From assembly GCA_009914755.4 (NCBI GenBank), contig CP068257.2, positions 23,808,001-23,872,000 on the forward strand: DNA of 64,000 bases, given 5' to 3'. This document shows positions 22,134 to 33,764 of this stretch, piece after piece. Positions within the stretch are counted from its first letter, which is position 1; each line of letters opens with the position of its first letter. A program made the translations under genes and the position numbers. Source of the DNA: the human T2T-CHM13v2.0 reference genome, Homo sapiens. Under the pieces are notes generated by a model. The model searched no databases. It saw only the letters and a list, made by a program, of their open reading frames with translations, and had not been told where the DNA came from.

Positions 22134-24444
22134 TGATACAGTTTGGCTCTGGGTACCCACCCATATCTCATCTTGAATTATGATCCACATTTGTTGACAG
22201 AGGAACCTGGTGGGAGGTGATTGGATCATGGGGGAAGTCTCCCCCCCATATTGTTCACGTGATAGTGAGGGAATTCTCATGAGAGCTGATGCTTTAAAAG
22301 TGTTTGGCATTTCCCTCCTCACCCTCTCTGTCTCCTGTCACCTTGTGAAGAAGGTGCTTTCTTCCCCTTCACCTTCTGCCATGATTGTAAGTTTCCTGAA
22401 GCCTCCCCAGCCACGAAGAACTATACATCAGTTAAACCTCTTTTGTTTATAAATTACCCAGTCTCAGGTAGTACCTTTATAGCAGTGTAAAAATGAACTA
22501 ATACACAGAATTGGGGCAGTGCTATGAAGACACTTGAACATGGGGAAGTAACTTTGGAACCAGTAATGGGCAGAGGTTGGAATAGTTTGGAGGGCTCAGA
22601 AGAAAACAGAAAAATGTGGGAAAGTTTGGAATTCTCTAGTGGCTTCTTGAACGGTTTTGACCAAAATGCTGATAGTAATATGGACAAGGAAATCCAGGTT
22701 GAGGTGGTCTCAAATGGAGATGAGGAATTCATTGGGAACTGGAGCAAAGGTCCCTCTTGCTATGCTTTAGTGAAGAGACTGGCAGCATTTTGCCCCTGCC
22801 CTAGAGATCTGTGAAAATTTGAACTTGAGAGAGATGATTTAAAGTATCTGGCAGAAGAACTTTCAAGCAGCAAAGCATTCAAGAGGTCAATTCTGGCTTA
22901 TTCTGAAAGCATTCAGTTATATATGTTCACAAAGACATGGTTTGAAATTGAAACTTATGTTTAAAAGGGAAGCAGAGCATAAAGGTTTAGAAAATTTGCA
23001 GCCTGTTCATGTGGTGAAAAAGAAAACCCCATTTTCTGAGGAGGAATTCAAGCCAACGAGCTGAATATTAACAGCCAAGACAATGGGGAAAATGTCTCTA
23101 GGGCATGTCAGAGACCTTCAAGACAGCCCCTCCCATCACAGGCCCAGAGGCCTAGGAGAGCACAATGGCTTCTTGGGCCAGCCCAGGGCCCTACTGCTCT
23201 TTGCAGCCTCCAGACATGGTGCCCTGCAAGGCAGCTGCTCAAGCTCCAGCCATGGCTAAAAGGGGCCAAAGTACAGCTTCAGCTGTTGCTTCAGAGGATG
23301 CAAGCCCCAAGCCTTGGCAGCTTCCAAGTGGTGTTGGACCTGTGGGTGCATAGAAGACAAGAATCGAGCTTAGGGAACCTCTGCCTAGATTTCAGAGGAT
23401 GTATGAAAACCCCTAAATGTCCAGGCAGAAGTCTGTTGCAGGGGCAAAGCCCTCATAGAGAATTTCTTCTATGGCAATGCAGAGGGGAAATGTGGGGTTG
23501 GAGCCCAAACACAGAATCCCCTCTTGGGCACTTCCTAGTGGAGCTGTGAAAAGAGGGCCACCATCCTACAGACCCCAGAAGGGTAGATCTACTGACAGCT
23601 TGCACCATGCACCTGGAAAAGCCACAGGCACTCAATGTCATCCTGTGAAAGCAGCCATGGTGGCTATACCCTGCAGACCCACAGGGACGGAGCTGCCCAA
23701 TGCTGTCGGAGCCCACTTTTTACATCAGTGTGACCTACATGTGAGACATGTAGTCAAAGGAGATCATTCCAGAGCTTTAAGATATAATGACTGCCCTGTT
23801 GGGTTTCGTACTTACATGGAGCCTATGCCCCTTTGTTTTGGCCAATTTCTCCCATTTGGAATGGAAACATTTACCCAATGCCTGCAACCCCATTGTATCT
23901 AGGAAGTAATTAACTTGCTTTTGATTTTAAAGGCTTATAGGTGGAAGTGACTTGCCTTGTCTCAGATGAGACGTTGGACTGGACTTTTGGGTTAATACTG
24001 AAATAAGACTTTGGGAGACTGTTGGGAAGGCAGGATTGTGTTTTGAAATGTGAAAAGGACATGAGATTTGGGAATGGCCAGAGTAGAATGATATGGTTTG
24101 GCTCTGTGTCCCCAACCAAATCTGATCTCAAACTGTAATCCCCATGTGTTGAGGCAGGGACCTGGTATGAGGTGATTGGATTATGGGGGCAGTGCCCCCC
24201 ATGCTGTTCTCATGATAGTGAGTGAGCATTCATGAGATCTGATAGTTTTATAAGGGGCTCTTCACCCTTCGCTCTTTGTCTCTCTTCTGCTGCCTTGTGA
24301 AGAAGGCCCTTGCTTTCCCTTCACCCTCTGCCATAATTGCAAGTTTCCTGAGCCATGTGGAACTGTGAGTCAATTAAGTCTCCTTTGTAAATTACCCATT
24401 CTCAGGTAGTATCTTTATAGCAGTGTAAAAATGGACTAATGCAC
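22134..24444 (+). mobile_element. Essentially full-length MaLR retrotransposon of the MST/THE1 class, about 2.3 kb: 5' LTR 22134-22506, internal region 22507-24088, 3' LTR 24089-24444
   Basis: Both LTRs begin 'tgata(c/t)(a/g)gtttggctctg(g/t)gt(a/c)ccca...' and end '...taaa(c/t)ctc(c/t)ttt...taaattacccag(t/c)ctcaggtagta(c/t)ctttatagcagtgtaaaaatg(a/g)actaat(a/g)ca'. They lie 1.95 kb apart in the same orientation. The internal part carries the gag-like ORF remnant 22524-22814, which is homologous to the ORF at 646-897. Confidence 0.8.
22524..22814 (+). pseudogene. Repeat-derived ORF remnant inside the MaLR internal region, not a host gene
   Basis: Its 96-aa translation shares an obvious conserved block (EENRKMWE...NGDEEF...WSKGPSCYALVKRLAAF) with the translation of 646-897 on the minus strand in the second MaLR copy. 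Conservation between two dispersed repeat copies identifies it as element-encoded. Confidence 0.65.
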
Positions 24445-25446
24445 CCACAATTACTAGAGATCCTATAATCGACCCCTTATCTCATGATGATCATCATGAC
24501 CGTTTTCCCTGACTGAGCTCTGACAAATATAATCCCAACAGTGAGGTCTTTCCAAGCCCATTGTAAAACTGAATCAACTCAAATACAAGTTAGATAAACA
24601 TACAAAAATGTTTATGCATTCAAGTATTTAAAAAAGTGGGTACTGAATATTTAGTTCTCATATAATTTCAGTGAGACGAACTATCCCTTGATATTTATAT
24701 ACAGTAATTTTCATTGTTTGGTTGTACACCATATATTTTGATCTTCCACTGGTCTCTCTCCACTCAAATATATCTTCCCCACAATGGCCAGAGTAACTTT
24801 ATAAAACAGAGATTTAATAATGTCTGTTCATTGGTTAAAATCCACTGGTGACTGACTGTACACTGCCTGCTGGATAGAATTCAACTTATTACACCACAAA
24901 CAAACGTCTTTCCTGAAAGTCCCAATATTTCTTTAGAACAACAACTCTCATGGCTGTCCCCCCAAGTACTCTAATCTCCTTTAACACCAAGCTCATTCCT
25001 CTTTTTCACACATCTTACCTTTTCCCACGACCATGCCTTTGCATATAATATAACATACCATCTGTCTAGTCCTTCCTCCCTTCCCTGACTGGTGAACTCT
25101 TACTAATCCTTCAAGGTCCAACCCAAATACTAACTCCTCAGCAAAGTCTTTTCAGCCCTGCTGGGTTAACAGGTGTCTCCAGTGTATGTGTGTGACATTG
25201 TTTCAAAATTTATTTTGCATAAGTATCTACGGACTTCACTCTGTTTTGAGAAGTAGTACCACCGGCTAGCACCGTAGCTGACACATCACAGGAATACATT
25301 AAAAGCTGACTTAATTAACTAATCTGCTCAGACATTCTTAGAAAATGTTCCTCTTCCTCAGCAGTGTTAGTTTTGCTCTTTTCAGGTCATTCAGACACAT
25401 AATGGAAGCTGGGTTCAAATATACATGTGAGGTTTCAAATACTACA

Positions 25447-26173
25447 TGATACAATTTAGATCAGTGTCCCCACCCAAATCTCATGTTGAAATGTAATCCC
25501 CAATGCTGGAAGTGGGGCCTGGTGGGAGGTGATTGGATCATGGGGATGGTTTCTCATGGTTTAACACCACCCCCACTTGGTGCTGTTGTCATCATAGTGA
25601 GTTCTCATGAAATCTGGTTGTTTAAAAGTTTGTAGCACCTCCCACCTCTCTCTCTTCCTTCTACTCTAGCCATGTGAAGTACCAGCTCTCCCTTCACCTT
25701 CTGCCATGATTATACATTTCCCAAGGCCTCCCTAGAAACCGAGCAGATGCCAGCATCATGCTGCCTATACAGCCTGTGGGATCAGGGGCAAATTAAACAT
25801 CTTATCTTTCTTTTATAAATTATCCAGTCTCAGGTATTTCTTCTTTTTTTTTTGACGGAGTCTCACTCTGTCACCCAGGCTGGAGTGCAGTGGCATGATC
25901 TCAGCTCACTGTAACCTCCGCCTCTTGGGTTCAAGTGATTCTCGTGCCTCAGCCTCCTGAGCAGCTGGGATTATAGGTGCACGTCACCACACCTGGCTAA
26001 TTTTTGTATTTTTAGTAGAGACGGGGTTTCGCCATGTTAGCCAAGCTGTTCTCAAACTCCTGACCTCAGGTTATCTGCTTGCCTTGGCCTCCCAAAGTTC
26101 TGGGACTATAGGCATCAGCCACCATGCCCAGCCTCAGGCATTTCTTTATAGCAGTGTGAGAATGGACTAAACC
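25447..26173 (+). mobile_element. Solo MST/THE1-class LTR split by an Alu insertion (LTR parts 25447-25842 and 26134-26173)
   Basis: It begins 'tgatacaatttagatcagtgtccccacccaaatctcatgttgaaatgtaatcccc...ggtgattggatcatgggg'. The 3' end '...ttataaattatccagtctcaggtatttcttc' is separated from 'aggcatttctttatagcagtgtgagaatggactaaacca' by the Alu at 25843-26133. Confidence 0.8.
25843..26133 (-). mobile_element. Alu SINE (minus orientation) inserted into the MST LTR
   Basis: Poly-T is followed by 'gacggagtctcactctgtcacccaggctggagtgcagtggcatgatct...cccaaagttctgggactataggcatcagccaccatgcccagcc'. The flanking LTR sequence 'ctcaggtatttctt' / 'ctcaggcatttctt' is duplicated, forming a target-site duplication. 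Confidence 0.9.
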
Positions 26174-26308
26174 AGTGCAGTAAATTTTTTTTTTAATTTG
26201 TGAAAGTGAAAATATATGCTGTGTGACCATAAAAGAGGGGTGTTCAAAAAAACTGATCATGTTGACTTTGAGTAGATTTAATCCATCATTTAAAACTTTT
26301 CCCCAAAG

Positions 26309-26605
26309 CGAGCTGGTCACAGTGGCTCATGCCTGTAATCCTGGAACCTTGGGAGGTGGAGGCAGGAGGATCACTTGAGCCCAGGAGTTCAAGAAAAGCC
26401 TGGGCAGGATAAGGAAACCCCATCTCTACAAAATTTTAAAAATTAGCCTCGTGTAGTGGCATGTGCATGTAGTCTCAGCTACTTGGCAGGCTGAGGTGGG
26501 AGGAATGCTTGAGCATGGGAGGTCAAGGCTGCAATGATCATGCCACTGCACTCCAGCCTGGGCAACAGAGTGAGACCCTGTCTCAACAACAACAATGACA
26601 AAAAT
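26309..26605 (+). mobile_element. Alu SINE (plus orientation)
   Basis: The element runs 'gagctggtcacagtggctcatgcctgtaatcctggaaccttgggaggtggaggcaggaggatcacttgagcccaggagttcaag...ccactgcactccagcctgggcaacagagtgagaccctgtctcaacaacaacaatgacaaaaa'. Confidence 0.9.
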
Positions 26606-27590
26606 CTATCCCACAAAGAAAACTCCAGACCCAAGAGAACTCTTATCAACATTAAAGAAAGAAATGATATCAAACCCACACACTCAGAGATTAGGAAAAG
26701 AAGGGACACTTCTCAACTCATTTTATGAAGCTAACATAATGATGATACATGCAAGAAAAGTAAAGATCAATATACCTCATGAATGTAGATACAGAAATCC
26801 TAAAAAAAGAATAGCAAGTAGAGTCAAATAATATATAAAAAAGATAATACAGCAAGAGAAAGTGGAATTTATCTCAGCAACACAAGATTGTTTTAACATT
26901 TGAACACTGATCAATATAAATTAACATATTGACAGAATAAGGTGGGAGGGAAATGAATATATCAAAGGACGCAGAAAAGGCATTTGACAAAAAGTGACAC
27001 TTGGTCATGATAAAAACTGACAGCAAAAAAAAAAAAGAAAAGGAATTAAATGAAAAATTCCTAATCAGGTAAATAAAAGTCCCTTAATCTGATAATCTGA
27101 TAAAACCACATCTACACATTACCTACATTACTATTATATTAATGGTGAAATATTGAATGCTTTCCTAGTGAGATACGATATGGTAGGGAAACATAACAAA
27201 GATGTCTACTTATTACCACCTCCATTTAATACTTAAATTCGAATACATGCAATAAAGCAAGGGTGGGAAAGTGTATAAAGATTAGAATGAAAGAAGTAAA
27301 ATGGTCATTATTTGCAGATGACATGGTTGTATACACAGAAAATTTTTTAAACTATTACAAACCATTAGAATTATTAAGTAAACTTAATAAAACATCTAGC
27401 TACAAGAATAATATATGAAAATCAATCATGTTTCTCCTATATTAACAACAATTAGAAAATAAAATTATTTAAAATTCACAATGGCACCATAAATAAAATG
27501 CTTAGGAATAGAAATAAACCTAAGAAAAGTTAAACAAAACCTCTAAAATAAAAATTATGAAACATTGCTTGACAACATTTAACTTCATGT
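26606..27590 (+). mobile_element. Degraded L1 (L1M-class) fragment covering part of the ORF2 reverse-transcriptase region
   Basis: Segments such as '...cttctcaactcattttatgaagctaacataatgatgatacatgc...', '...tatcaaaggacgcagaaaaggcatttgacaaaaagtgacac...' and '...ggtcattatttgcagatgacatggttgtatacacagaaaat...' match L1 ORF2 ('...ctaactcattttatgaggccagcatcattctgatacc...', 'atagatgcagaaaaagcctttgacaaaattcaaca', 'gtccctgtttgcagacgacatgattgtttatctagaaaa'). Confidence 0.75.
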
Positions 27591-29790
27591 TCTAAAAAAA
27601 AAGCTAAAAAATTTTTAAATTGTATTTGTAATTGACAGATAATTATATTAATAGGGTAAAATGGGATGTTATAATAAATATATACATTATGGAATGATTA
27701 AATCAGGCTAATTAGCATAGCCATCGCCTCATATATTTATTATTTCTTTGTAATGAGAACATGTAAAATCGACTTTTTAGGCAATTTTGAAATATACAAT
27801 GCATTATTATTAACTGTGGTCCCCAGACCATGCAATAGATCACTAGAACTTATTAATCCTGCCTGATTGAAACTTTGCACCCTTTGATTAACATCTCCCC
27901 TTTCCCCATCCATCCAGCCCTCCAGGCTTTGTAACCACTATTCTACTCTCTATTTCCCAGTTCAACTTTTTTAGATTCCACTTATAAGTGAGATCATGCA
28001 GTATTTTTCTTTCTGTGCCTGGCTTATTCAATTAGCATAATGTCCTCCAGGTTCAACCACATCATCACAAGTGACGGAGTTTCCTTCATTTTTAAGACTG
28101 AATAATAATCCTTTGTGTATATATACCACATTTTATTTATCCATTTATCCACTGATGGGCACTTAGGTTGTTTTCATATCTTGGCTATTGTGAATAATGC
28201 TGCAATTAACATGGGGATGCAAATATTTCCTTGACATATTGTTTTTAATTCCTTTGGATATATATCCAGCAGTGGAATTGCTGAATCATATGGTAATTCT
28301 GTTTTTAGTTTTTTGAGGAGCCTCCATACTGTTTTTCATAATGGCTGTACTAATCTGCATTCTCGCTAACAGTGTACACAGGTTCTTTTTTCTCCACATC
28401 CTCTCCAGAATTTGTTATCTTTCACCTTTTTGATACTAGCCATTCCAATAGGTGTAAGGTGGTTTTAAGTGGCATTTCCCTGATTAGAAATGTTGAGCTT
28501 TTTTTTTTCATTTTTTTTTTTTTTTGGCCACTTGCATGTCTTCTTTTATGAAATGCCTATTCAGGCAGGTCTTTTACCCATTTTAAATCAGGTTTTTTGT
28601 TTTCATGCTGTTAAGTTTCTTATATATTGTGGCTATTAGCCTATCAGATGTATGATATGCAAATACTTTCTTACAATCTATAGGTTGTCTCTTCCTCTCT
28701 GTTGTTTCCTTTGCTGTTCAGAAAGAAACTTTTTAGTTTAGCACAATCCCATTTGTCTATTTTTACTTTCATTGCCTGTGCTTTTGAAGTCATAGCCAAG
28801 AAATGATTGCCCAGACCAATGTCATAGAGCTTTTCTTTATGTTTTCTTCTAGAAGTTTTACAATTTTAAGTCATACGTTTAAGTCTTTAATCCACTTTGA
28901 GTATATGGGGTGATATAAGAATTCAATTTTATTCTTCTGCATGTAGACATCCAGTTTTCTCTTTACCATTTCTCGAAGACACTGTCCTCTCCCCAGTGTA
29001 TTCTTGACACCTTTGTCAAACATCAATTGATCATAAATGCCTGGATTTATTTTGGGGCTCTCTATCCTGTTCCATTGGTCAGTGTGTCTGTTTTATGCCA
29101 TTACCATGCTGTTTTGATTACTATAGCTTTGCAATGCATTTTTCAATAAGGTAATGTCATGCCTTTTGGCTTTTTTCTTTTTGCTCAAAATTGCCTTGGT
29201 TATTTGGGGTCTTCTGTGGCTCTATAAAAAAAAATGTAGGATTGCTTTTTCTATTTCTGTAAAAAGTGATATTTAAAGTTTGATAGAGATTGCATTGAAT
29301 CTGTAGATCACCTTAAGTAGTGTGGGCATTTTAACAATATTCATTCTTTCAATTCATGAACACAGTATAGCTCTCCATTTGTTTGTTTTGTCTTCAGTTT
29401 ATTTCAATGTTTTATAGTTTTCCTTGTAGAGATCTTTTACCTTGTTGGTTAAATTTACTCCTAAGTATTTTTATGCTATTGTAAATGAAATTACCTTCTT
29501 AATTTCTTTTTCAGATAATTTGTTATTAGAGTATGGAAATGCTACTAAATTTTGTATGTTGATTTTTTATTCTGCAACATTACAGGATTTGTTTTTCAGT
29601 TCTAACAGTTTTTTTAGTGGAGTCTTTATTGTTTCTATATATAAGATCATGTCATCAGCAAACAGACAATTTCACTGCATTCTCGCCTATTTGGATGCCT
29701 TTTATTTCTTTTTCCTTCCTAATTGCTCTGACTAGGACTTCCAGTACTATGTTGAATAGAAGTGGTGAGAGTGGGCATTCTTGTCCTTGA
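27590..29790 (-). mobile_element. L1 (L1MA/L1PB-like) 3' portion in minus orientation, running from the poly-A end back through the ORF2 C-terminal half
   Basis: The span 27640-28500 is the reverse complement of the canonical L1 3' end ('...ccacttataagtgagatcatgcagtatttttctttctgtgcctggcttattcaattagcataatgtcctccaggttcaaccacatcatcacaagtgacggagtttccttcatttttaagactgaataataatcctttgtgtatatataccacatttta...'). The span 28530-29790 continues into ORF2 ('...tccagtactatgttgaatagaagtggtgagagtgggcattcttgtccttga' is the reverse complement of the L1 'tcaaggacaagaatgcccactctcaccacttctattcaacatagtactgga'). The minus-strand ORF 29655-29924 translates as ...[30 protein letters not shown], an L1 ORF2 motif. Confidence 0.85.
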
Positions 29791-30190
29791 CTGGCATGCC
29801 CCCAGGCTAACACAGCAGGCTTGTACATACCTCCCAGGCCTGTAGCCCTACCATCTGCCTCTAGCAGACATGCTCCCACGTTAGCCAAGCTGACATGCAC
29901 CTGTGTCCCAGGCCTGAGAAACATGGCCAGGGGCCACCCAGGATAGTCAAACAGCTATGTAAAGCATCCAGGCCCAATCCATAGGCCACCCCTGGCAGGT
30001 ATGCCCCCAGGCCAGCCAAGCCACTACACAACCATGCCCTTCCTGGCCAAAGTAACAGCCCCATGACCCCAACCCAAGTGAGCCAATGCCAAGTTGGCCA
30101 ACCACTGTGTGCATTAATGCTTCTCTGGCCTGAGAAACAGTTCAGTAAACCCACCCCCAGCAAAGCTGCACCACCACTACCATAAATTCT
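29791..30190 (+). repeat. C-rich region of about four degenerate tandem units of roughly 70-100 bp, immediately upstream of L1 ORF1. Probably the 5'UTR or promoter of an old L1.
   Basis: Blocks recur such as 'tgcccccaggctaacacagcaggc...cccaggcctg', 'atgctcccacgttagccaagctgacatgcacctgtgtcccaggcctgagaaacatggccagg', 'tatgcccccaggccagccaagccactacacaacc...' and 'aatgccaagttggccaacc...ctctggcctgagaaacagttcag'. The region is contiguous with the ORF1-like sequence that starts near 30400. Confidence 0.5.
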
Positions 30191-32447
30191 TTTAGCCTAG
30201 GCTACTGGGACACTTGCAAACATCACTAGCCTAGTTTACAACCGAAAAAACTTCATGGAGACTACACTACTGTACCCACCTTAAACTAAAGTCAATTCAC
30301 CCCCACTGAACTGACACGTCAAGACTCATGTATATAAATACATTTTTCCCTATGAAAACCCTGTAAAATTGGAAGAGGTGACTGACTATTCCACCAGATG
30401 CACAGAAATCAACATAGAAACATATCAAACATTAAAAACAAAAAAATGACACCTCCAAATGAACACAATAATTTTTCAGTAACAGACCCCAATCATAAGA
30501 AAATAAACAAAATGTCAGAAGGGGAATTCAACATAGTGATCTTAAGGAAACTCATTGAAATATAAAAGAATACAGACAATTCAACAAAATCAGGAAAACA
30601 ATTCATACTTTGAATGAGAAATTCAACAATGGGATAGATATTTAAAAAAATAGAAATCCTAGAGCTGAAGAATCAATAAATAAAATGCCTAAATACAATC
30701 AAGAGTTTCAACAACAGACTAAACCACGCAAAGGAAAGAATTTCTGAACTTGGGGACAGTCTTTTGAAACAACACAGGCAGACAAAAAAAAGAAAAAAAG
30801 TTAAAAAGGAAAAAAGAAAATGTACAGGATTTACGAGACATCAGTAAGTAAACAAATATTCACATTATGGGTGTTACAGAAGGAGAAAAGTATGAAGAAG
30901 TGTAAAAACTTATTTACTAAATTAGTATAACAGCTGAAGACTTCCTAAGTTGTGGGAGAGAGAAGGACATCTAGATCAAGGAAGCTCGAAGAACCTCAAA
31001 TAGATTCAGATCAAACAGGGCCCCTCCAAGGCAGATTATAGTCAAATTGTCAAAAGACAAACACAAAGAAAGAATTCTAAAAACAGCAAGAAAAAAAGCA
31101 TCAAGTCACATATAAGAGAATATGCATTAGGCTAACAATAGATTTCTCAGCAGAAATTACAGGCTGGGAGAGAGTGGGATGCTACAGTCCAAGTACTGAA
31201 AGAAAAAACAGATAGCTAAAAATTATATACCCAGCAAAGCTATCTTTCAAAAATGAAGGAGGAATCGAACCATTCCCAGATAAGTAAAAACTAAGGGAAT
31301 TTTTTACCACTAGACTGGCCTTACAATAAATGCTCAAAGGAGTCTTACATCTGGAAGTAAAAAGACAATAACCACCATTATGAAACATGCAAAACTATAA
31401 AACTCACCAGGAAGGCCAATACACAAAAGAGAAAGAGAAAGGAATCAAAACTTATCACTACCAAAATACCACCCAACCATAAAAATAAACAATAATAGAG
31501 GAAGAAAGAAAGAATATATTAAACAATCAGAAAAAGAAACAGTAAAATGACACAAATAAGTTCTTACCTATCAATAATAACCTTGAATGTAAATGAATTA
31601 AATTTCCCATTTAAAAGATATAGATGAGCTGAACAGATTTCTTTTAAAAAATACCCAACTACATGCTGCCTATAAGAAATTCATCTCAGCTGTAAAGACA
31701 CACATAGATTGAGAGTGAAGGGATGGAAAAAGATATTCCACACAAATAAAAACCAAAAGTGAGCAGGAGTAGCTATACATATATCAGACAAAACAGTTCA
31801 AGTCAAAAAACCTGTGAAAAAGAGGCAAACAGCGGCAATATATGATAATAAAAGGACCAATTCAGCAAGAAAATATAGCAAATGTAAATATATATGCACC
31901 CAACACTGGAGCACTCAGACATATAAAGCAAATATTATTAGATTGAAACAGACAGATAGACCCCAATACAATAATATTAATAGTTAAAGACTTCAATACT
32001 CCACTGTCAGCATTGGACAGATCATCTAGACAGATAATCAAAAAAAGAAATATTGGATTTAAAATGCACCATAGAGTAAATGGACCTAATAGTCATTTAC
32101 AGATCATTTTACCCAATAGCTGCAGAACACATATTCTTCTTATCAGTGCAAGGAACAATCTCCAGGATTGACCACATGTTAGGATATGAAACAAGTCTCA
32201 ATTTTTTTATTGAAATCATATCAACTATCTTATCTAACCACAACAGAATAAAACTAGAAATCAATAATGAGGATCATTCAAAACTATACAAATATGTGGC
32301 AATTAAACAACAGGCTCCTGCATGAATAATGGGTGAATGAGGAAATTAAGGATGAAATTCTAAAATTCCCTGAAACAAATGCAGATAGAACCCAAACATA
32401 CCAACACCTATGGGAGATAGCAAAACTTGCCTTAAGAGGCAAGTTTA

Positions 32448-32636
32448 GGCTGAGCACGGTGGCTCATGCTTGTAACCCCAGCACTTTGGGGAGCCGAAGC
32501 TGGTGGATCACATGAGGTTGGGAGTTCAAGACCAGCCTGGCCAACATGGTGAAACGCCATCTCTACCAAAAAAAATACAAATATTAGCCCAGCCTAGGTG
32601 ACAGAGCAAGACTCTGTCTAACGAAGAAAAAAAAAT
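32448..32636 (+). mobile_element. Alu SINE with an internal deletion, inserted in L1 ORF2
   Basis: The element runs 'ggctgagcacggtggctcatgcttgtaaccccagcactttgggg...gaccagcctggccaacatggtgaaacgccatctctaccaaaaaaaatacaaatattagccc|agcctaggtgacagagcaagactctgtct' + A-run. Confidence 0.8.
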
Positions 32637-32760
32637 ACCAGAGACTGGGTAATTTATAAAGGAAAGAGGTTTAGTTGACTCACAGTTCCACATGGCTGGG
32701 GAGGCCTCACAATCATGGCAGAAGGTGAATGAGGAGCAAAGTCACATCTTACATGGTGGC
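32637..32760 (-). mobile_element. Short THE1/MST-class LTR fragment
   Basis: The sequence 'taccagagactgggtaatttataaaggaaagaggtttagttgactcacagttccacatggctggggaggcctcacaatcatggcagaaggtgaatgaggagcaaagtcacatcttacatggtgg' is the reverse complement of the 3' portion of the MaLR LTR. Confidence 0.75.
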
Positions 32761-32945
32761 CTGGCCAATATGTGAAACCTCGTTTCTACTATATGAAAAT
32801 TAGCCGGACATGGTGGCATGTGCCTGTAATCTCAGCTACTTGGGAGTCTGGTATGAGAATTACTTGAACCCAAGAGGCAGAGGTTGCAGTGAGCCAAGAT
32901 CATGCCACTACAATCCAGCCTGGGCAACAGAAAAAAAAAGAAAAA
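32760..32945 (+). mobile_element. Alu SINE fragment (3' two-thirds)
   Basis: The element runs '...gaaacctcgtttctactatatgaaaattagccggacatggtggcatgtgcctgtaatctcagctacttgggag...gcagtgagccaagatcatgccactacaatccagcctgggcaacag' + A-rich tail. Confidence 0.8.
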
Positions 32946-33764
32946 GAAAAAAAAGAGGCAGTAATAGTGATAAATGTCTACACTAAAAAAACTAGAAAGA
33001 TTTCAAATAAACAACTTAATGTTACATCTCGAAGAACTATAAAAGCAAGAATAAACCAAACCCACAATTAGTCGAAGGAAAAAAAAATAAAGATCAAAGC
33101 AGAAATGAAATTGAGATAAAAATACAAAAGATTAACAAAACAAAAAGTTGGCTTTGTGAAAAGATAGACAAAAGTGACAAACCATTAGCTAGACCTAAGA
33201 AAAAAGAAAGAATATCTAAATTTAAAAAAAATCAGAAACAGGAAAGATGTCAAAACAGATACCACAGAAATACAATGGATTATTAAAACTATTATGAACA
33301 ACTATACACCTGTAAATTTAAAAATCGAGATAAAATGAATAAATTCCTCAACACATACAACATACCAACATTAAAGCAAGAATAAATGGAAAACCTGAAC
33401 AGACCAACAACAAGCAATGAGATTGAATCCATAATAAAAAGTCTTCCAGTAAAGAAATATCCAAGACCAGATGACTTCACTGCTAAATTCTACCAAAATT
33501 TTAAAGAATTAATATCAATTCTTCTCAAATTGTTTCAAAAAATTTGAAGTGGAAGAAACTCTTCGTAACTCATTTAATGAAGCCAGCATAACCCTGATAC
33601 CAAAACCAGAGAAGGACACAACATAAAAAGAAAACTATAGGCCAATATTCCTGATCAACACAGACACAAAAAATACCTCAACAAAATACCAGCAAACCAA
33701 ATCCAACAATACACCAAGAAAATAATACGTCATTATCACTGGGATTTATCCCAGGAATGCAAGG

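Noticed and set aside
23165-23902. ORFs of 62-143 aa (for example 23471-23902, 143 aa), as possible genes
   Set aside because: They lie inside the internal region of the MaLR element at 22134-24444. They are serine/proline/arginine-rich frames of a repeat, with no conserved motif. The homologous ORF in the second copy (646-897) shows they are repeat-derived.
28490-28530. A T-rich run ('tttttttttcatttttttttttttttgg') inside the minus-strand L1, considered as the poly-A tail of a separate insertion
   Set aside because: L1 ORF2-homologous sequence continues collinearly on both sides, so it is most simply an internal homopolymer expansion within one element, not an element boundary. I cannot exclude a small nested insertion without alignment.
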